Below, one piece after another: positions 1 to 64,000 of a stretch of DNA of 64,000 nucleotides. A model generated the notes under the pieces. That model was given only the letters and a program-made list of their open reading frames with translations, did no database searches and had not been told where the DNA came from. Every line of letters begins with the position of its first letter. Positions within the stretch are counted from its first letter, which is position 1. The stretch lies in the NCBI GenBank assembly GCA_012295275.1, contig CM022679.1, positions 29,698,001 to 29,762,000 of the forward strand. The letters are read 5' to 3'. The position numbers and the translations under genes were made by a program. This DNA is from Chrysomallon squamiferum (taxonomy: Eukaryota; Animalia; Mollusca).

Positions 1-1291
1 TATGTGTGTGTGTCTATGTAGATTATCATGTGTGTTAGTATGTGTGTTAGTATGTGTGTGTGTGTGTGTGCAGTATGTTATTGTATGTGTGTACATGTTT
101 TTACGTATATTTGTGAGTGAACGTGTTCGTGTTCATGTATGTATGTTTTGTGTGTATATAACATACGTATATGTATTTATTTGATAACCTCTTTACTCAG
201 TATACGGTCTTTGTTTCAGTGTATGCACAAGATATTTTTCTGTTACTGCATGACAGCTGTATATGTGATAAAGAAATGAAGCACATTATCCTGATGGTCA
301 ATATAATAACAACAAGAAACTGATATTCTGGAACATATGAAAATAAATAAATAAATAAATAAATAATAACAATATTGTTGGTGAATAATAATTTACTATC
401 CTGTGCTCAAAGCCTGTATTGGTTATAGCCGTCAGATAATGTATTTTGTAAAGTGGATTACTTCTTAATGAATTTATCCCACAGAAATGAATTCATAAAA
501 TAGTTTTTATTGTTTTGATATACCCAAATTATTTATCTCATCTGTTGTCCATTAGTTCTTAATATGTATTGACAAATATGTGTAAACTGTAGTGATAGAT
601 TAAAATTGTTATTTTTTGCATTTACTGACAGCTGTAAAAATTTACAAGAATATATTATATACATATATATAAATTTATATAAACAAGAATTTTTATGCAG
701 CCATAGTTCATAACAGCTATAAAAATATTTACATAAAAACGTGATGTTACAGTGAAATCCACATTTTTGTCATTAACCCAGTGTCTGAATCTTACTGTGT
801 AATAAACTATATTTTTGTATTATTTCAAAAAGCACAATACATTTCCCATTTCTCACTTGCTATCGGTAAAAACTTGATGGATTTAATGAATCCCCCATTT
901 CTCATTTTACCTGCAGCTCGGAGATATTTATGTGCTAGAGATGCGTGTTTGAAGAGCACGCCAGTGCTTGTTTCAGTGTAGGTCGTCCTGAATATGTTTG
1001 TGTGCATAACTCAAACCGAGAGCAGATGCTGTGTGATAACCTCCCTCTCCCCACCTCCAGACAGTCGCACAGTGTTTGTGATGCATAATTAGCTTGTTGT
1101 TTTTTTCACCCCTTCGTGCCCCACGCATGTTGAATAAGACAATGTATTCCACAAACTAAGACACCCAGTGGGGTGAATTGTTTTGTTTTTTTATAGTTTT
1201 ATGTTTTTTCCTGAAAAGTTACTTTTGATGTGAATCAGCTGAGAATTCAGGGAAACACATCACAGTTCATGTGTTAGTCATTTGGAATGTT

Positions 1292-1327
<36 letters not shown>

Positions 1328-2543
1328 CTCTTACCCAGTTTTTGTCTTCACCAATGTGTTATTCCGTGTTACTGATTGATGCCGGGGAAAATGTTGCCAT
1401 CCTTGCAGAATACCTTTGCTTTTGAACTGAGAGATTTATGATAATTTGCCTTCTTTTCCTCAACCATTGTTTTACCTTGCAGACGAAATAACAAAAGATG
1501 CAGTTTAGCCTGCCTGCCTGCCTGTTGCATACACATACGTGCAGCTTATTGTTCTCTGTGTTTATTTTTAACTGCTGCTGTGCATGTAGGTGTCACTGCA
1601 GGTTGTTTCTGGCTTTTTTATTTATTATTACGTTTCCATTACCATTAACCTACATCACTGGGATATAACCATTTTTTTTCATTTCTGTCATGTCTAGTAC
1701 TCCCTAGAGAGTTCACTGATCTAGGTGATGAATCTAGAAAGAAATGACATTGAATGACCTTCAAGACTTTTATCGATTATTGACCTTGAAATTGTCACTG
1801 AAGGTTGTGAAAATGGTAAATTATGTGAAATTTTCTTTCAAGCAAATGTTTACTCAGTGTAGAAAATTATATCATTTATTTCTTTGATGTTTGTTTTCGA
1901 GAAGACCTTTAGATACCACCTAAAAATCATGAAAAGTATTTATACGGAATAGTGGTTTGACAGTTCACATACACTGCAGTATTGAAGTAATTCGAGCCAT
2001 TCAGAAATTCATTGTGTTTTACATCCAGTAAATGTTTTTAGAGATCACAAGAATATTTATTAAATTACAAAAGATTCTCTCTTTTGAGGTTTTCTAATTT
2101 TAGATTAACTGCAGACATGAGACAGAAACAAGAACAACAGAATTTCTTTTTTTTATAAAATAATAATAATAACAATAATAAAAATTGTGCTGTAAAAATA
2201 CCACAATAATTGATATGTATGTTGCCATGGTGACACAGTAAATGTGTTGGTGTTTTTTTTTGGGGGGGGGGTTTGCAGACGGATATACTGATTTTCAAAT
2301 TGGAGAATTACGATAGAAATTTATTATAATTTGAAACAAAATTTTAAATCTGAAGATGTTGCCATCAGTAGCATTCAACCTATCATCTAAGTAGATGGAA
2401 TTGTGTTTTTATAAACAACACATTAAATACCTGTATCATAACAAAAACACGAGTAATAAACTGCTTTCTAATGGTGGTAACATTTTCTTTTTCTGGTGTT
2501 GCTTTTTTTTTTTTTTTTTTTTTAATATTTTAAAATTATTTTT

Positions 2544-2583
<40 letters not shown>

Positions 2584-2617
2584 TTGTTGTTTGTTCATCT
2601 TTAATTGTTTAATATTT

Positions 2618-2662
<45 letters not shown>

Positions 2663-3194
2663 GAATCATTTTTATTATTATTATTATTTTACTTAAAATG
2701 GTTAGCAAACCTGTCTTAGTCATAGATTTCTGCATCTAACTTTTCAGCTTTTGCTTTAACTGCTTTATGCAGTCTGGTTTTGAAAACAACTTGCACTTTT
2801 AAAGAAAAATTTACATGTACTTTTGTCCATACATTTTTTTTAATTAGAATCACTTCAGCTTTTTAATTTCACTAATTATCTTGTGATCTGAGAAGAAAAA
2901 AAACCTTTAATTTTGGAACATATCAAATTACTGTTGTTGTGTGCTGTATGACAACCATTACTGGATTAAAGAGTCCTTGACCTTAACAAAACAAAACACT
3001 TCAAAGTAAAATAAAAGAAATTAATCAAATTGACTTAGCAATGATTTTTTTTCGTGTTCATTATCAGATTTGAATATTTTTTTATATTTTTTTATCCTAA
3101 TTAGTTGGTAGGAAACGTTATTATGCAGTACAAGTAAAACAATTACTTGTAAGTCTATATTTTATTATCCATTTACCCTTTGAAATAAAGAAAA

Positions 3195-3748
3195 AGAATG
3201 TTGTTTACCTGTATACTTCAACATGAAACACACTAAACAGTCACTTACAAATAAAGAAAAATGTTGTTTACCTGTATACTTCAACATGAAACACACAACA
3301 ATCACTTGCAAATAAAGAAATATGTTGTTTACCTGTATACTTCAACATGAAACACACTAAACAGTCACTTACAAATAAAGAAAAATGTTTACCTGTATTC
3401 TTCAACATGAAACACACTAGTCACTTAGAAATAATGAAATTTTTTTACCTGTATACTTCAACATGAAACACACAACAATCACTTGCAAATAAAGAAATAT
3501 GTTGTTTACCTGTATACTTCAACATGAAACACACTAAACATTCACTTACAAATAAAGAAATATGTTGTTTACCTGTATACTTCAACATGAAACACACTAA
3601 ACAGTCACTTACAAATAAAGAAAAATGTTGTTTACCTGTATACTTCAACATGAAACACTAAACAGTTACAAATACAGAAAAATGTTGTTTACCTCTATAC
3701 TTGAACATGAAACACCAAACAATTACAAATGAAGAAAAATGTTACCTA
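3195..3748. repeat. Minisatellite, about 9 copies of a 56-63 bp unit
   Basis: TGTTGTTTACCTGTATACTTCAACATGAAACACACTAAACAGTCACTTACAAATAAAGAAAAA recurs, with the CCT anchor at 3208, 3271, 3332, 3392, 3448, 3509, 3572, 3635 and 3692. Confidence 0.95.
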
Positions 3749-4247
3749 TTTGTTCCCATCATGAACAGTTATTTTAAAATCAACAACATTTGCGTGTTCT
3801 TGCAATGTGATTGAACTGACTAACACACAGAAATGTTGCTGATGTTGTGAATTGTTTGCAAAGGTATGTTTCTAATGGTCATGGTGCCAGAGAAATCTAG
3901 GAAGCAGTCATGGTTCACTGGTTACCACCACGTAACTAATCTCCGTCTGGTTTATCAATATTGTACACAGCTGTCTACCAGAGACTCTTCTCTGTTCTTA
4001 CATCTCTCTAAGTGGACTGTGTATATTGCACTGTCTGATGGTATCTGGGTTTAAGGATTAGTCCTCTTCAGTCTATCCTCTGGGCTAATTCAGGTTTCTA
4101 GTATTAAATACACATTTGATGATCGATAATGTCAAAATATTTAAAACAAACAATAAGAAACAAAAAAACAAACCTACTGATTTCCTTGATATTCTTCATA
4201 ATAATAGTTTCAGTATGGTGACTATTTTTATTTTTCTTTTTGCTCAC

Positions 4248-4284
<37 letters not shown>

Positions 4285-4620
4285 ACACAAAACAAACACG
4301 TATTTTTTTCCCCATTATGCAATATCATTTATTTATTCAATCCAGAAACATTAAAGTAGTTCAAAAATTTCTTCAGCGTTGATGAATATATTTCAGTTAT
4401 GTATTTTAATACATTCCAAACTGTAATAAATACATAGAGTTAAAAAAAAAAGTGGATCTCTATTTACTTACCTTAGTCAGATAAAAAGAATAGTTCATCA
4501 TAAAAAAAATTGATTCCTGCATTCCTTTTCTTTTTAACATTTTACTTCATAACCAATGTTTTCTTGGTGCAATGGAAAACATTTATTCATTCCTTCAGAT
4601 CACACTTTTTAGTAAACTGA

Positions 4621-4624
<4 letters not shown>

Positions 4625-4690
<66 letters not shown>
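4625..4690. repeat. (CT)n microsatellite
   Basis: Uninterrupted TC dinucleotide run. Confidence 0.95.
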
Positions 4691-4692
<2 letters not shown>

Positions 4693-5329
4693 GTAAAAGC
4701 CTAATATTAATAAAGAGGCTGTATTTTTGTTAATTACATGTTGCATATTTCATTCAGAGCCAGTAACTATCACACATTCAGTGTTGTTGATTATTAATGA
4801 AAAGTTTGCACTACAGTATTAAGCACTAACAAGAAGCATATTAATAAATTCACTTCAACACAACAAGCAGTTTTCCATCACTCAATCTAACAGTCATATT
4901 CTTTCTTCCTTATCTCATCATACGACAAAAAACCCAAATGAAAATCAAATAGAACAAGATGTCCAGAGCCGTGGGTTTGTTTGTTAGGGTTTTTCTGATT
5001 GGACAGTGGTGCAGCTGTCTGTCTTGGCAGAGGGAAGTCTTCCCTGCTATTTTTATCTCTCACAGCTGATCCAGGACGAGCACATGGCAGGCAACACAGC
5101 TGACTGTAGTTGTGTGTTGTGCGTTTCTCTATACATACACAGTCACACTACATTCTCTCACTGCTGTATTCTCTCTACACACACAAATATCACAACTGAC
5201 TGCAGTAGTGTATGGTTAATAAGTTGTACACACAGACTATTACAGCTGACTGTAGTAGTGTATTGTATGTTCTTCTCTGTACATACACAATCACACTACA
5301 GTCTCTACATATAAATATCACAACTTACT

Positions 5330-5785
5330 GTAGTTGTGTGTTGTTAATAAGTTGTACATTCTATGTACATATACAAACTATTACTGATGACTGTGTGTTG
5401 TTAATAAGTTGTACATTCTATGTACATATACAAACTATTACTGATGACTGTGTTGTTAATAAGTTGTACATTCTGTGTACATATACAAACTATTACTGAT
5501 GACTGTGTGTTGTTAATAAGTTGTACATTCTATGTACATATACAAACTATTACTGATGACTAGTTGTGTGTTGTTAATAAGTTGTACATTCTGTGTACAT
5601 ATACAAACTATTACTGATGACTGACTAGTTGTGTGTTGTTAATAAGTTGTACATTCTATGTACATATACAAACTATTACTGATGACTGACTAGTTGTGTG
5701 TTGTTAATAAGTTGTACATTCTGTGTACATATACAAACTATTACTGATGACTAGTTGTGTGTTGTTAATAAGTTGTACATTCTTT
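5330..5785. repeat. Minisatellite, about 8 copies of a 54-65 bp unit, with degenerate copies back to about 5100
   Basis: GTTGTGTGTTGTTAATAAGTTGTACATTCTRTGTACATATACAAACTATTACTGATGACT is repeated in tandem. Confidence 0.95.
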
Positions 5786-5983
5786 ACACTATTATAGCTG
5801 AGTAGAAACACACAAGTTGTCTGTGACAGTAATGTGTAAAGAATTTCTTTAACAAACAGCCGTAGAAATGTATGCAGACTTATAAAGGACTTTAATAACT
5901 GTGTTTACTTCTAAAGAAAAATAGAAACAGTGTAATGTACTAACTGTATAATACTGTAAAAAATAAATAAAAATGAGTGCACT

Positions 5984-6014
<31 letters not shown>

Positions 6015-6109
6015 ATTTTATTGGTATGCCTTGCAGTTAAGTAAAACTGTCATCTGAAGTAGTATATTTAGCTTAGTACCATAAAATTCTTCAATCATTT
6101 ACAAAAGTA

Positions 6110-6142
<33 letters not shown>

Positions 6143-6279
6143 CTGTACACACAAACACACACACACTTCTACCCTTAAAGAACAGTAGTTACTCTAACTT
6201 GTACACATTCTACATACACTTCCACCCTGCTTAGCTAAGAATAATTGCTATACGAGTGTACGTTTGTACAGCTAGCTCT

Positions 6280-6729
6280 CTCTCTCTAGGTGAAAACTCT
6301 TGTTTCACTCCTCCGCACACCTCTGCCATTGGTTACTGGCTAGCCAGTCTGACTGCCTGCCTGCCTGCCTGTAGCCCTCAGCTCATCTTCTGCTCATCCT
6401 TGACTGTGTCTGTCGCTGTCTGCAAGTGAGGGGCAGTGAGAAAAAATCACAGCAGCACCGAGGACCCAGATGTTCAGTTGCTGCGGAAACCAGACACGTT
6501 CTGGTTATGTCCTGTCTTACTAGACATCAAGTTTGCATGCTGCTGCTGCTGCTGCTGTTGTTGTTGTAGTAGTAGTGCTGAACTGGCAATGCTGTTGGTG
6601 CTGTGAGTTGCTGCTGTTGTGATATACACAGTGTGTGTGTGTGTGTGGTTGTGAAGTGACCTCAGACAACTTTTATCACAGCTGGGGATACAGTACTCTG
6701 TCAGACTGGCCAAGAAGCTGGATACAAAC
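6280..6729 (+). promoter_or_regulatory. Candidate proximal promoter / 5' UTR of MRTF
   Basis: Locally GC-richer sequence just upstream of the ATG, with a CT tract, a reverse CCAAT (ATTGG about 6328), an Inr-like TCAGTT at 6474 and a CTG/TTG/TAG repeat. A splice acceptor at 6288-6289 is an alternative reading. Confidence 0.35.
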
Positions 6730-63348
<56,619 letters not shown>

Positions 63349-63830
63349 CTACGTCTCTGTCAGTTAAGTAGTAGTGGGTTAGCTGGTGCGTGTTGTGAGG
63401 GTGTGTGTGTGTGTGTGGCCGAGTGTCTGTGTGATATGTTTTGTTTACGACTAAAGTATTGATTGGTTTGGCTGGCTCCCAGATGATGATGACCAGATGA
63501 GCCAAGCCTTCTTATTGGACCAAGTGCCTATCATGGAGCCATGTGGACCAATCAGTGACATGGATTGGCATTAGTTTATCAAGAGAAACACAACAAACAA
63601 AAATAAAAGGTGACTGGTGTACGACAAGACAGACTTTGAGCTGACTGTGTTAGTTGTTACAGCATCAGGTCTTGTAATGCAGGTACCGAAAAAAAAAACA
63701 AAAAAAAAAAAACAACCTTTTTTTTACTTTTAATGTCTGTTTATTGGGTCATTGGTCCTGTTGTGATAACTAGTAGAACTGCCTCTTCTAGCCTTGAACA
63801 ACAACAACAACAAAAATATAAATAAAATAA
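63349..63830 (+). other. MRTF 3' UTR (proximal part) with candidate AATAAA signals at 63602 and 63821
   Basis: Follows the stop codon. AATAAA hexamers are present, but both lie in A-rich tracts, so the cleavage site is uncertain and the UTR may run past the window. Confidence 0.45.
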
Positions 63831-64000
63831 AAATAACTTAAACAACGATTGAACCTAAATTAGAGGTATTTGACTATGTATTACTTAGCAATGAAAAAAA
63901 ACAAAACAAAAAGTTTAAAATCTTTTTCAAACAAAATGTATCCATTAATTCTAAACTCTGGCTCAGAAGGTTAAAGAATTACGCTGTGTTAGATGAAGAA

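Noticed and set aside
63481-63540. SECIS-like ATGA...AA...GA pattern in the 3' UTR
   Set aside because: The second helix is too short and irregular, and the corrected CDS has no in-frame TGA (the stop is TAA).

Overview
AT-rich, microsatellite-dense eukaryotic DNA from an invertebrate animal (probably a mollusc or other lophotrochozoan; this is inference). Nearly the whole window is one plus-strand gene, a myocardin-related transcription factor (MRTF/MKL/myocardin family, SRF co-activator). I reconstructed ten coding exons with GT-AG boundaries and matching intron phases: 6730-6766, 30145-30399, 40782-40847, 44038-44093, 54108-54183, 55794-55955, 59268-61454, 61759-61894, 62184-62316, 62588-63348. 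They encode three RPEL motifs, the B1 basic box, Q domain, SAP domain, a coiled coil/leucine zipper, a PPxY motif and an acidic C-terminal region. The spliced CDS is 3869 nt, one base short of an intact 1289-aa frame: the frame shifts by -1 between the B1 box and the Q domain, most simply at GCAAAAGTCAG (59690-59700). A dropped homopolymer A in the assembly is the likeliest cause; recoding, an exitron or a null allele are testable alternatives. The introns and 5' flank hold several 55-77 bp minisatellite arrays and many short duplications. I found no CRISPR array, rRNA, tRNA or intact mobile element, and almost all other ORF-track entries are translations of simple repeats.
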